Shown here piece after piece: positions 31,845-42,220 of a stretch of DNA of 64,000 nucleotides (its first letter is position 1; each line of letters opens with the position of its first letter). Made by a program: the position numbers and the translations under genes. Below the pieces are notes generated by a model that made no database searches, was not told the DNA's origin, and was given only the letters and a program-made list of their open reading frames with translations. This stretch comes from an uncultured Acidobacteriota bacterium (GTDB lineage: Bacteria; Acidobacteriota; Blastocatellia; RBC074): assembly GCA_963796275.1 (NCBI GenBank), contig CAWCKY010000002.1:608001-672000 (forward strand), written 5' to 3'.

Positions 31845-32672
31845 ATGAAGTATCTCACAAAATCTTTTGGTCTCTACTTTTTGATGAGCGCGGCTGTTCT
31901 GCTTGGACAGTTCGGCTGTTCTTCATCGACGGAGACTGCGAGCACACAACCGACGCCTTCGCCGACGATCGACCCTGCCACCACTATGCAATCGGCATCC
32001 CCAACCCCGGCGGATGCGATCGGGGCTGGCGTCGCCCCTGCTGAAAGTTCTTCCGCTTCCTCTAGTTCAGGGTCTCCAGGGCGAGGATCGTCAGCTGGCT
32101 CGTCCGGCTCGTCTGCTCCGGCGTATGATAGACCGAGACCTGCCGCTCCACCGCGGACCTATACGATGAAATCAGGTTCAGTTATCTCAATCTTCACCGC
32201 ATCGGATATATCAACGAAATCCAGCAAAAACGGCGAACGTTTCACCGCCAGTCTCGGACGCGCCATTACTGACGGGGATTGGGTGATCGCCAAGAAAGGC
32301 GCGCCTGTTGAAGGCGTCGTAGTCAGCTCAGACCCCGGCGGGCGAGTCAAGGGAGTCGCTTCGATAGCCGTTCGTCTGGAAAGCATTACACTGGCAGACG
32401 GCAGACGGGTTGAAATTTCGACCAACTCATACACAAAGGAAGCGAAAAGTTCTAAGAAGAAAGATGCCGCCAAAATCGGGATTGGCGCTGGCATCGGCGC
32501 AGCGATTGGAGCGATCGCAGGCGGCGGTAAGGGAGCTGCTATCGGAGCGGGCGTCGGCGGCGCCGGTGGAACCGGCCTGGTGCTCGGGACGAGAGGCGAC
32601 GCGGCAGTCATACCGAGCGAATCGCAGCTGACCTTCAGACTCACGGCTCCGATAAATGTGACCAAGCGATGA
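31845..32672 (+). CDS. Lipoprotein with Ser/Pro-rich linker and glycine-zipper (TrbI/VirB10-like beta domain)
   Basis: AAGGAG RBS; lipobox-like QFGC; GAPVEGVV, GRVKG, GAGIGAAIGAIAGGGKGAAIG. Confidence 0.75.
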   Translation: MKYLTKSFGLYFLMSAAVLLGQFGCSSSTETASTQPTPSPTIDPATTMQSASPTPADAIGAGVAPAESSSASSSSGSPGRGSSAGSSGSSAPAYDRPRPAAPPRTYTMKSGSVISIFTASDISTKSSKNGERFTASLGRAITDGDWVIAKKGAPVEGVVVSSDPGGRVKGVASIAVRLESITLADGRRVEISTNSYTKEAKSSKKKDAAKIGIGAGIGAAIGAIAGGGKGAAIGAGVGGAGGTGLVLGTRGDAAVIPSESQLTFRLTAPINVTKR

Positions 32673-32885
32673 GCTTTGTCCCCTTACTCACAATGGCATG
32701 GATTACGGACGATAACCCCGATTAGGTCGAACAGCGTGCCATGGGTATGGGTTTAGCCCAGATAGCTCATATCATATCAACAACGGCTGCCATAGAAAAA
32801 AGAAACAATTCACCACATAATCCACAAGCCGAAATCGTTCATTTTTGTGGGTTTTGTGGTGAATTTTTCTATGTGTTTAGTTGAT

Positions 32886-33263
32886 TCAATGATTGAAAAA
32901 ATCGGCGAGTTCCTGGATCCTAGTATGCGGTTTCGAATGGATCAGATTGGTCATGGGAACGAGCTGTTTTTTATATACTTCAGCCACGCGGTCAATCAGC
33001 CTCGCGAGTTCCGTTGATTTGGGTCGATATTGAAAGGACGGCGTCTCATTACAATTCAGAATTATCAATCCCTGGTCGCAAAGCCTCGTCAACACATGCA
33101 TCGACTCTTGTTCAGTGATGTAGAGCCTTTGTGCGACCGTGTGGATTCCCCATTTTTCATGCGCACCTGTACGCAAAAGCAGAAGCGCCTCCAGATGCGC
33201 CACTGAATCAATTCCCGCTATGATAAATTGTCGGATGTCCTCTGGAATCAGGTCGTCTATCAT
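32886..33263 (-). CDS. Conserved hypothetical protein (125 aa), possible winged-helix fold
   Basis: GGGAGGA RBS; IDSVAHLEALLLL..W..VAQRLY..L..L..QGL pattern. Confidence 0.75.
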   Translation of the reverse strand: MIDDLIPEDIRQFIIAGIDSVAHLEALLLLRTGAHEKWGIHTVAQRLYITEQESMHVLTRLCDQGLIILNCNETPSFQYRPKSTELARLIDRVAEVYKKQLVPMTNLIHSKPHTRIQELADFFNH

Positions 33264-33589
33264 TTACATCCTCCCCCAAATCAGACTGTCAGAGGTGCTT
33301 CTAACGTAACTTGGAGCCAGCAACCCTCTGATTGATGGAACAAATGCCTAGTTTTTTATCAGTCTCTCGGTTCGAGCGCATGGCACACGACCTGTTAATT
33401 CACTCGACCGTTTGGGAAGATTAAGTTGAAAATAGCAACGAAAAGCCCCTCTAATTTCTCCGGCGCCCTACCGTATCCTGATCGTTCATTACTTTTTAGA
33501 TTAAATGAAAGGGAGATTAATAAAGTAATAAAACGGTAAACTCTAACCCATCACTCCCAATACGAATTGAGGCACTAAATGTCTGCTAA

Positions 33590-33605
33590 AGCAAATATCA
33601 GGCCA
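33590..33605 (-). promoter_or_regulatory. Sigma54 -24/-12 promoter candidate pointing to the 125-aa gene
   Basis: Minus strand TGGCCTGATATTTGCT = GG-N10-GC with TTGC. Confidence 0.55.
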
Positions 33606-34028
33606 TCGTAGTTCAATCACTCAAATATCGATAAAGCTGGATGGCACAGCTCTTATATCAAATATAACTCTCTACAGACTTTTATAGCATTGTATATTCA
33701 TCATACATACCGCATCTTTGCCGTACAGTTCTTTATTGTCTTATGTAATGCTTTACAACGCTTATTAGGGTTTTCTACCACATGCATGATAAAAAACCAT
33801 TAGCAAATTGAAGTCTTTTTGAGCAATACAGTTCATTTTTAAAATTAACACTTGCTTAGGCATCAAGGATTGCATAAAATACATACGTTTGTCCGGATCT
33901 CAGTCCATCGGTGAGAAGGATGAAGAAGGTGTAGAGTGGGATTCACAATCAGAGGCCCGATAAAAGATTAAGAGGTGAAGAGATTTACTGCAGCCATCGT
34001 GAGAAACTTCAGCGCATTTAACTATCCA

Positions 34029-34044
34029 TGGCATATATCTTGCT
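34029..34044 (+). promoter_or_regulatory. Sigma54 -24/-12 promoter candidate upstream of the pseudo-kinase
   Basis: TGGCATATATCTTGCT = GG-N10-GC, ending about 75 nt before ATG 34120. Confidence 0.65.
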
Positions 34045-34119
34045 TAACCTCCAGTTGTAAAAAATAAAAGCGGTGTGAGTTAAGCGGTGTGAGTTAAGAA
34101 GCGGGACATCGAAAAATAT

Positions 34120-35565
34120 ATGTTGGTTCAAACTAGTCCTCGCCCAGTTTCCTTGTTCAGCCTACTTTCGTTGATAGCGGGCGGCGTAGTCATCGTCATT
34201 GCCTGTTACGCGTTGCTAGCCTGGATTATTGATATCGACTTCCTCAGGAACGCCATACCGGGGTGGCCGAAGATGATGCCTGTGACTGCCCTGTGCTTCA
34301 TCCTATGCGGCTCCTCGCTATGTTTTCAGAGCACGGCATCTGTCGACTCGCAGACGCACGAGATGGATTGGGAGCGGATATTTCTGTCGCTGGTCTCTCC
34401 CCGTCTTCTGGCTCGGGGGAGCGCATTTATCGTCATCCTGATCGCACTTTTAGGCCTGGCATACCATAATAACTATATCTGGGGCTTATCCACGGGCAGC
34501 CAGCGGCCCTTCCTTCCGGATACGCTGACATCAAAGATCAACGGCATCGCAAGCCAGATGCCGCCCAACCCCTCGCTCATCTTTTTACTTGTTGGTTGTG
34601 CGCTTCTACTGCTGCATATCGGGACACATCGCGGGGTGAGAACGATGCAATCGCTCTCCATGGCTGCCCTGCTCGCGGTATTGGTAGCCGCGCTCAACTA
34701 CGCTTTCGGCACGCAAATATTCAGCGGGGTGGAGATCTGGCCGAAGATGGATCCTCACGTGGCATTCTCCTTCGTCTTTCTCTCAGTCGGCATCGTCTTC
34801 GCGCGACCGGAATATGGTCTGATGGGGATACTGACCAATGAAAGCCTCGGCGCTTACACGAGCCGCCGCATGCTGATTGCAGTAGTCGCCATCCCCGCGG
34901 TCATAGGCTGTTTATACCTGCTCGGATGGCGGGTGGGATTTTACGATGCTCGCAAATGGGTTCCACTGATTATCGTTCTGAATGTCCTCGTTTTATTCAT
35001 CGTTATCTGGGTCAATGCCGTATCGCTCCACAAGCGCGAGAGCAGGCGTCTGAAAGACGTCGCGGTCCTGCGCGAAGTTAATTCCCGTCTGGAAAGACAA
35101 GTTCAAGAACAGACCGCTGAAGTGATGCGGGCAAACCACGACATCTGGTTGGAGATTCAGGAGCGAGTTCGGTTGGAAGAAGAATTGCGCGCTCTCAGCG
35201 AGGAGTTGGAGAATGAGCGCGAACAGCTCCTATTGAAAGAGCAAGAGGTCGAGCAAAGCGTCGAAGATGCTACCCGGCTTAGAGATGAATTCCTCGCGTC
35301 TGTCTCAGAAGAGATGAGAGCGCCGCTCAACGCTATACTGAGCTGGGTGAAGCTGCTTCGCGATCATCCGCTCACTCCGGAGGAATCGGCGCGCGTGCTC
35401 GATGCCATGGAGATCAGCACGACGGAATTGCTGGCAGTCGCGTCCAGCCTCGGCGGCGACCCACATAACGGGGAAAATGATCTAATTCAGCCCTCTCTGC
35501 CCAGACTAACCGCAGGTGAGTTGTCCGGTCAAAATAATCAACCGCAGATCGTTATGAAGATTTGA
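34120..35565 (+). CDS. Membrane sensor with degenerate HisKA domain and no HATPase domain (pseudo-histidine kinase)
   Basis: About 8 TM helices, coiled coil LERQVQEQTAE, H-box DEFLASVSEEMRAPLNAI (His replaced by Glu), no N/G1/F/G2 boxes before the stop. Confidence 0.75.
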   Translation: MLVQTSPRPVSLFSLLSLIAGGVVIVIACYALLAWIIDIDFLRNAIPGWPKMMPVTALCFILCGSSLCFQSTASVDSQTHEMDWERIFLSLVSPRLLARGSAFIVILIALLGLAYHNNYIWGLSTGSQRPFLPDTLTSKINGIASQMPPNPSLIFLLVGCALLLLHIGTHRGVRTMQSLSMAALLAVLVAALNYAFGTQIFSGVEIWPKMDPHVAFSFVFLSVGIVFARPEYGLMGILTNESLGAYTSRRMLIAVVAIPAVIGCLYLLGWRVGFYDARKWVPLIIVLNVLVLFIVIWVNAVSLHKRESRRLKDVAVLREVNSRLERQVQEQTAEVMRANHDIWLEIQERVRLEEELRALSEELENEREQLLLKEQEVEQSVEDATRLRDEFLASVSEEMRAPLNAILSWVKLLRDHPLTPEESARVLDAMEISTTELLAVASSLGGDPHNGENDLIQPSLPRLTAGELSGQNNQPQIVMKI

Positions 35566-35620
35566 CGCGAAAGTGTAGAGACTTCCCCATAATTGCCTTT
35601 GTGCATTGTTCCCCTAACTG

Positions 35621-37357
35621 TTATTTTTTTATAGGGATCAGCCGCGGATCGAGCTGCTCCGCTTTGCGCAACATCTCCTGCGCCTTCGCACCATTGCCCT
35701 TCTTCCTCAATGCAATGCTCAATCGATAATAAGCATCCGCGTGTTGTGGGTTGAGTTTAATAGCCGCTTCGAAGCGTTCAATAGCCTGGTCGATCTTCCC
35801 CTCTTTCAATCGTTGAATGCCGGTGTTGGTCGCGGCGATGGCTGCCTCCCGCTCCTGTTTGAGCTTTATCAGACGCGCGGCCTCTTGTAGTTCGAGGCGG
35901 GCTGCTTCGGAGTCACCTTTCTGCCGCAACGTGGTTCCCAGCGAGTTATGCATTTCCGGGTTGCCGGGCGCGAGTGTAATCGCTTTGCGGAACTCGAGAA
36001 TTGCTTTATCCGTCTGGCCGATTCTCTGAAGAGCATTGCCGTAAGTGTAGTGGTATTCGGCGTCGTCAGGTTTGAGCCTAATCGCCTGTTCCAACTCGGT
36101 TCGCGCTTCCTCGACCTTTCCCTGTTGTAAATATATCTGTCCGAGCGTGAAATAGGCGTCCGCGAAATCGGACTGCAGAGCTAGGCATTTGCGCAGGTTA
36201 TCTACAGCATTCGAGAGGTCGTCTTTTCGTTTATAGGCGAGCGCGAGATTATACCTGGCTGAGACCAGTTGCTGAGGCTCCGGGTTTGAGTCGATCATCT
36301 TTTGATAAGTCGTAATCGCGCTCGAGATATCGCCTTTCTGCATCTGTGCCAGCCCGAGGTTGAGATAAGCGGTCGCATTCTGATCGTCCAACCTGATCGC
36401 TTCCAGAAACTCGGCGATTGCGCCGTCGTAATTCCTGTTGTTAAGCAGGGACAGTCCCAGGCTGTTTCTGGCTTCGACCAGACCGGGCTTGAGCTTGATC
36501 GCTTTTTTCAGGGCGTCTATCGATTCGTCGGTTTCACGGTTTTCACGAAGGGCGATCCCTAGGCTCGTCATCGCCTCGGCCGATTGCGGTTTGAGTTTCA
36601 CCGCCCGGCGCGTAACCACAACTGCCTCCGACACCTCGCTGTTTCCGCCCTTTCGTATCAGAGCAGAGCCCAAGGCCTGAAGTGCATCGAAATTCTCGGG
36701 CTGCAGTTTAACCACCTCGCGCAGCGATCGGAGGGCCCCGTCGATATCATTCGTAAGCAGCCTTCCTATGCCCAGGTAATAATGGGCTACGGCCAGATCG
36801 GGTTTGATACTTGTGGCGAGTTCAAATTCTTTAAGTGAACCCGGGAGGTCTCCCATCTGTCCGAGAATGAACCCCAGGTTGCTATGGATCTCGGCCGAGG
36901 TCGGCTCGATCTTCAGCGCATGGCGAAATGTGAGGACGGCCTCATCCAGACGTTGTTGTCGGTGCAATAGCGAGGCTATGGAAACGTACAATTCGGCATC
37001 TTTCGGATCGAGCTCGGCCGCTTTGCGGAACGCCTCGAGCGCTTCGTCGAAATTCCCCCTCTGTTCGAGCGCAATTCCCAGATTTGTCCAGGCTTGTAAG
37101 TAATCAGGCTTGCTCGAGATCGCCTCGCGGAATTCCGCGATCGCGGCGTTCAACTGCCCGCTTTTGCCGAGCGCCATGCCCAGGGCATTTCGGGCTTCGG
37201 AATTTTTCGGATCGGCCTTCACAGCTGCACGCAATTTTTGGATCGATGGCGCCGAGGTTCGCGGAGTCACTTTACGCGTCTTGGTTCCTTGGGCCTCCGC
37301 GAATATAGAAAAACCCGCCAGGAACAGCGCGAGGATAGTGATCTGTCTCATACGCAT
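35621..37357 (-). CDS. Exported tetratricopeptide-repeat protein
   Basis: Signal peptide AEA-Q followed by many 34-aa TPR units (NLG..L..G..EA..F..A..P). Confidence 0.92.
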   Translation of the reverse strand: MRMRQITILALFLAGFSIFAEAQGTKTRKVTPRTSAPSIQKLRAAVKADPKNSEARNALGMALGKSGQLNAAIAEFREAISSKPDYLQAWTNLGIALEQRGNFDEALEAFRKAAELDPKDAELYVSIASLLHRQQRLDEAVLTFRHALKIEPTSAEIHSNLGFILGQMGDLPGSLKEFELATSIKPDLAVAHYYLGIGRLLTNDIDGALRSLREVVKLQPENFDALQALGSALIRKGGNSEVSEAVVVTRRAVKLKPQSAEAMTSLGIALRENRETDESIDALKKAIKLKPGLVEARNSLGLSLLNNRNYDGAIAEFLEAIRLDDQNATAYLNLGLAQMQKGDISSAITTYQKMIDSNPEPQQLVSARYNLALAYKRKDDLSNAVDNLRKCLALQSDFADAYFTLGQIYLQQGKVEEARTELEQAIRLKPDDAEYHYTYGNALQRIGQTDKAILEFRKAITLAPGNPEMHNSLGTTLRQKGDSEAARLELQEAARLIKLKQEREAAIAATNTGIQRLKEGKIDQAIERFEAAIKLNPQHADAYYRLSIALRKKGNGAKAQEMLRKAEQLDPRLIPIKK

Positions 37358-37452
37358 AGGTCGTTCGCATTGTATTGAAGGCGATCGATATGGGTCAAGC
37401 GAACGGGGTGTTACAGGACGGGCACGGGGATGGGGGCAGAGCCTCTGGCCAC

Positions 37453-38790
37453 TTATAACAATCCCCGCTCCTTAACTTCCAGATACTTATTTACCAGCTG
37501 AATCGACAACTGGCCCGCCGGCACATCGAGCGCCAGGCCCCCGAGCTCCGTAATCCTGCCCAATGCCTCCTCGCGTTGCTGTAACAATTCCTCGGCGACA
37601 CTCTGGCGATAAACATCGGCCACCTCTTTCGGTTCTCGTGCGACCAGCGCTCGTAGGTCGTTATCGCCGATTGTGACGATCAATGGGAGATGGCGAGGTA
37701 GCAGCGCCGCCGTATAGACCAGCAGCTCTCCCGATGCATCGCGATCGACGAGGTCGGTCAGAATCACGACCAGCGAACGCTTCTTGCAGTTCAACGAGAG
37801 GTATTGGAACGCGCGCGCATAGGAAGGCTCCATCATTTGCGCTTTGACATTGTAGAGGGATTCGATCATCGCCAGCAATTGTCCGTGACCTCGCTGGGGC
37901 GGCAGATATTTTACGACCTGGCGATTGAAGACGAGCAATCCGACATTATCGCCGCCGCTCGTAGCCACATATCCGATCGCCAGCGCGGCATTGATCGCGT
38001 GATCGAGTTTCGATAGTTGCTCTATCCGCGACGTCATCAACCGGCCCGCATCGATCATGATTACTATGCTCTGGTTCCGCTCGACCTGATATTGTTTCGT
38101 GATCAGATGCCCGCGGCGCGCCGTCGCGGTCCACGATATATTGCGGATCTCGTCTCCGCGAACGTAATCTCGCAAACTCTCGAATTCCCTGCCCTGTCCG
38201 CGCAGACGCGTCTTCCGGTGCCCGCTGAGAAGCTGGCGGCTGCGCTGCGCCGATAGTTTATGACGCCGCGCCTCATTGATATTCGGATATACCTTGATCC
38301 TCTCGGAGGCGGGAATGCGAGACTGCTTGATGACCAGACCCAAATGGGAATGCCACCGGATCAAAATGTCGCCAAAACCATAATCTCCGCGCCCGAACGC
38401 GTAGAGCTTATAGACTGCCGCAGCTTCAGCTGCGCGCCCTCCACCATACCCCGGGGTTACGATCAATAGCCGGTCGCCGCGCAGTTCGAATTCCGGCGGA
38501 TATTCATCTTTGATCATCAACGTCAATCTCCTCGATGCGCGGTGAGATACGAGGAGCTGGACCTCGTTCTCCTCGCCTATCATGAAGCGGTGCGGCAGAT
38601 GGCGACTGATCTCGATGAGCGAGATATCTTCCATTCGACGATAATCGATGAAGGCTGTAACCAGGAGAGCGATGTCATAGAAGAGTATCCCCCATTTGAC
38701 GATGGAAATCGTGCCGAATGACGACCAGAGCACGATAAGTGGGACGGCGCCGGACGCGAAGAGAATCAGAAATCGACGAGAGAAAATCAT
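37453..38790 (-). CDS. DUF58 family protein (vWA-like)
   Basis: [35 protein letters not shown]; two N-terminal TM helices. Confidence 0.92.
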   Translation of the reverse strand: MIFSRRFLILFASGAVPLIVLWSSFGTISIVKWGILFYDIALLVTAFIDYRRMEDISLIEISRHLPHRFMIGEENEVQLLVSHRASRRLTLMIKDEYPPEFELRGDRLLIVTPGYGGGRAAEAAAVYKLYAFGRGDYGFGDILIRWHSHLGLVIKQSRIPASERIKVYPNINEARRHKLSAQRSRQLLSGHRKTRLRGQGREFESLRDYVRGDEIRNISWTATARRGHLITKQYQVERNQSIVIMIDAGRLMTSRIEQLSKLDHAINAALAIGYVATSGGDNVGLLVFNRQVVKYLPPQRGHGQLLAMIESLYNVKAQMMEPSYARAFQYLSLNCKKRSLVVILTDLVDRDASGELLVYTAALLPRHLPLIVTIGDNDLRALVAREPKEVADVYRQSVAEELLQQREEALGRITELGGLALDVPAGQLSIQLVNKYLEVKERGLL

Positions 38791-39740
38791 CTTGGAACTT
38801 CGACGGAAGAGACGATCTCATCGAGGATCGTTTCCGGAGTGATGCCCTCGATCTCCGCCTCCGAGCGAAGCAAAATCCTGTGACGAAGGGCTGGATGGAC
38901 GATATCCCGCACATCATCCGGAGTGACGTAATCGTAACCGCGCATCGCGGCCAGAGCCTTGCTCGCCAGCAGCATCGCCACCGACGCGCGCGGGCTCGCG
39001 CCCCAGAGGAGGCTCGGATGTTCGCGTGTTCGGCGAACCAGATTGACGAGATATTGCTGAACGCTCTGTTCGACTTTCACATCGCGGACGAACGCGCGCG
39101 ACTGCGGAATTGCAGCCGGATCTTGGACTTCTGCGAAATCGACGGCCTCGAGCTTGCGCGAATTGAACCCCGCCTGCCAGTTCCCCACAACCTGCAGCTC
39201 CTCGTCCGGACTCGGGTAAGTGATGAGTATTTTAAAGAGGAATCTGTCGAGTTGCGCTTCCGGCAGCGGATACGTGCCCTCGTATTCGATCGGGTTCTCC
39301 GTAGCGAGCACGAGAAAGAGCGGAGAAAGATGATGGCTCTCGCCATCGATCGTCACCTGCCGCTCTTCCATCGCTTCGAGCAGCGCGGCCTGCGTCTTCG
39401 GTGGTGTGCGGTTGATCTCGTCAGCGAGCAGGATGTCGGTGAAGACCGGGCCGTGCCGCAGGGTGAATTGCGAGGTGGCCATATTGAAAATATTTGTTCC
39501 CGTGATGTCTGATGGCATCAGATCGGGTGTAAACTGTATACGGTTGAATCCTGCGCCGATGATGCGGGCGATGGTTTTTACCGTGAGCGTCTTCGCCGTC
39601 CCGGGGACACCCTCGAGCAGCGCGTGGCCCTCGGCGAAAAGGCAGATCAGGATTTGATCGATAACCGCATCCTGTCCAACGATGACTTTTTGCGTTTCGC
39701 GCCGTATATGCGCGGCGACCTGGCTGACGTAATCGGTCAT
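38787..39740 (-). CDS. moxR: MoxR-family AAA+ ATPase
   Basis: [56 protein letters not shown]. Confidence 0.93.
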   Translation of the reverse strand: MTDYVSQVAAHIRRETQKVIVGQDAVIDQILICLFAEGHALLEGVPGTAKTLTVKTIARIIGAGFNRIQFTPDLMPSDITGTNIFNMATSQFTLRHGPVFTDILLADEINRTPPKTQAALLEAMEERQVTIDGESHHLSPLFLVLATENPIEYEGTYPLPEAQLDRFLFKILITYPSPDEELQVVGNWQAGFNSRKLEAVDFAEVQDPAAIPQSRAFVRDVKVEQSVQQYLVNLVRRTREHPSLLWGASPRASVAMLLASKALAAMRGYDYVTPDDVRDIVHPALRHRILLRSEAEIEGITPETILDEIVSSVEVPR

Positions 39741-39927
39741 GTGAGATTGCTGGCTGATTGTCCTTTCTTCGATCTTTACCTTCGGTTTATATACTCTAAC
39801 GCCGCAACTATACTGAAAGCTACGGTTAAATCAAGTTTTGGGTGAGAAATCGATACGAGGATTTACAAGATCGGCTAGATTAGATGAAAATACTCGACTG
39901 CCCAATTTCCAAAATCGAGATTGAAAT

Positions 39928-41802
39928 ATGACAAAGTTGATTATCGGTTCGCGCGGGAGCAAGCTCGCGTTGTGGCAAGCCAATTGGATCAAAATTAAAC
40001 TTGAGAAAGCACACCCCGGCCTGAACGTTGAGATCGATATCATCAAGACTACCGGGGACAAATTAACTGAGGCATCGTTGGTACAGATAGGGGGCAAAGG
40101 CGTCTTCACCAAAGAGATCGAAGACGCGTTGATCGAGCGCCGCGTCGATCTGGCGGTCCACAGCCTGAAAGACTTGCCGACTGCATTGCCCGAAGGATTG
40201 CATATTGCCGCGATTACCGAACGCGAAGACGTGCGAGACGGCTTGATCGTCGGCGAGCCGCTGCGCAGCAAAGTGAAAAAGATAGCGGACCTGCCACAGG
40301 GTGCGCGCGTTGGCACGAGCAGTCTTCGTCGCCGCGCCCAGCTGCTCTCGGCCAGGCCGGACCTGCAAGTCCTCGAACTCCGCGGCAATGTCGACACGCG
40401 GCTTCGCAAACTGGACGAAGGCCAGTATGACGCGATTATTCTGGCATCTGCCGGTCTGATCCGTCTCGGTTTCGGCGACCGCATAACCGCGCGCATCGAG
40501 CCAGAGGAGATGTTGACCGCAGTCGGCCAGGGCGCCCTGGGAATCGAGGCGCGCATCGACGATGAAAATACCAATGCTATTCTAATTCCACTCAACCACT
40601 GGCCGACCCGCTACGCCACGGAGGCCGAACGCGCTGTGCTGCGCCAGCTGGGCGGCGGTTGTGCGGTCCCGATTGCGGCGCTTGGCCGCGTCAGTAAAAA
40701 TAAGAGCAGTAACAAAAAACCGGGCAAACTGATCCTCGAAGCGCTCGTGGCGGATGCAGAGGGAGGGAAGCAGATTCGCCATCGGTTGAGCGGCCCGCTC
40801 GCTCAGGCAGAAAAGCTGGGCGCCGAGCTCGCCCAGCTTATGATTAAAGCGGGCGCACGTGAATTGCTTCCGAAAATCGGTGATGAATTTCAGAATAAAG
40901 ACGTCCCAAGTCCAAAGCCCGAAGTCCCAATAGAGGCATCAGAGGTTGGGGAGAGCGATTCTGGCGTTAAAAGATTGCAGGAGAAAGAAGCAAATAAGAC
41001 GGTTGCGCGGCCCCCGCTCGCCGGTCGACGCGTCATCGTCACACGCTCGGCCAAACAGGGGCGAGAGTTAACGGAGGGGTTGCAAGGACTCGGTGCAGAA
41101 GTTATCGCGTGTCCGACCATTGAAATTAAAGATCCGGCGAACTGGGAGCAGCTCGATCGCGCCCTCAAGCATTTGAGCTGGTACGACTGGCTCGCATTCA
41201 CGAGCACCAATGGCGTCGAATTTTTTTTACGCAGACTGGATGGACTGGGCCACGGGCGCGCTGAACTGATGGGCCACAAAGTCTGCGCGGTCGGCCGTAA
41301 AACGGCTCAGAAACTGGCTGAAGAACAGATCACGGTCGATCTCACGCCCGAACGCTTCACCGCAGATGCGTTGGTGGAAGAATTTATCAAACGATTCGGT
41401 GTACGCCAGCGACTCCGCGGCGCGCGCATGCTGCTGCCGGCATCGCAGTCCACACGCGATGTTATCCGCCCTGCTCTGGAGAAGGTCGGCGTCTATGTCG
41501 AGGTTGTCGAGGCTTACCAGACGGTCATCCCGGCGACTTCGGGCGCCGAGGTAACCCAGTTGATACACGACGCCAAAGCTGATTATATTATTTTCACTAG
41601 CCCATCTACAGTAACCAATTTAGCGGTTCTGTTGGAGACCGATCATCTCGCTCAACAGTTGGCGAAAACGCGGGTAGCCTGCATCGGCCCCGTCACAGCA
41701 GAAGCTGCCCAGTTATATGGGCTCGAAGTAAACATCCAGCCTGAAGAGCATACATCGGAGGCAATTGTGAAAGCATTGGTGGCTGATTCGGCTACTTTAT
41801 AA
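39928..41802 (+). CDS. hemC: Hydroxymethylbilane synthase fused to uroporphyrinogen-III synthase (HemC-HemD)
   Basis: [44 protein letters not shown]; then VIVTRS, FTSTNGV, FTSPS, CIGPVTA (HemD). Confidence 0.93.
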   Translation: MTKLIIGSRGSKLALWQANWIKIKLEKAHPGLNVEIDIIKTTGDKLTEASLVQIGGKGVFTKEIEDALIERRVDLAVHSLKDLPTALPEGLHIAAITEREDVRDGLIVGEPLRSKVKKIADLPQGARVGTSSLRRRAQLLSARPDLQVLELRGNVDTRLRKLDEGQYDAIILASAGLIRLGFGDRITARIEPEEMLTAVGQGALGIEARIDDENTNAILIPLNHWPTRYATEAERAVLRQLGGGCAVPIAALGRVSKNKSSNKKPGKLILEALVADAEGGKQIRHRLSGPLAQAEKLGAELAQLMIKAGARELLPKIGDEFQNKDVPSPKPEVPIEASEVGESDSGVKRLQEKEANKTVARPPLAGRRVIVTRSAKQGRELTEGLQGLGAEVIACPTIEIKDPANWEQLDRALKHLSWYDWLAFTSTNGVEFFLRRLDGLGHGRAELMGHKVCAVGRKTAQKLAEEQITVDLTPERFTADALVEEFIKRFGVRQRLRGARMLLPASQSTRDVIRPALEKVGVYVEVVEAYQTVIPATSGAEVTQLIHDAKADYIIFTSPSTVTNLAVLLETDHLAQQLAKTRVACIGPVTAEAAQLYGLEVNIQPEEHTSEAIVKALVADSATL

Positions 41803-42142
41803 AACGTAGCGTGAGCGGGTAACGGTATGGCACACCGTTGTTCGCTTTGATCGACGCAACGATGACCATCACTATTGCGAAAACGTAAATAATGATGAAC
41901 AGAAATATGCCTATCAGCAAGACAACCAAAGGAATGCTGATCAGGATGTAAATCACTATACTGATTTGAAAATTGAGCGACTCTTTGGCTTGATCATCGA
42001 TAAACCACGATTGGTCCTTTTTGATCAGCCAAACGATGAGCGGGGCTACGACATTGCCGAATGGCACGACCGAGTAGCCAATCAACGCGCAGAGGTGCGC
42101 GAGCATACCCCAGGTTCTTTGGTCTCTTGAAACATCCCGCAT
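41792..42142 (-). CDS. DUF4870 family membrane protein
   Basis: [39 protein letters not shown]; GGAG RBS before ATG 42142. Confidence 0.88.
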   Translation of the reverse strand: MRDVSRDQRTWGMLAHLCALIGYSVVPFGNVVAPLIVWLIKKDQSWFIDDQAKESLNFQISIVIYILISIPLVVLLIGIFLFIIIYVFAIVMVIVASIKANNGVPYRYPLTLRFIK

Positions 42143-42220
42143 ATTCGTCTCCACGCCTACCGGTATATCCAACACGGTAAGTATGATGAGGTCGAGGGCG
42201 GAAGTAAATCCTTCAAATCT

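Noticed and set aside
33264-34119. AT-rich spacer as a mobile element or island
   Set aside because: No transposase, terminal inverted repeats or target duplication seen; better explained as regulatory DNA.
38739-39512. 257-aa plus-strand ORF
   Set aside because: Antisense to the conserved moxR gene.
39831-40595. 254-aa minus-strand ORF
   Set aside because: Antisense shadow of hemC with no recognisable motifs.
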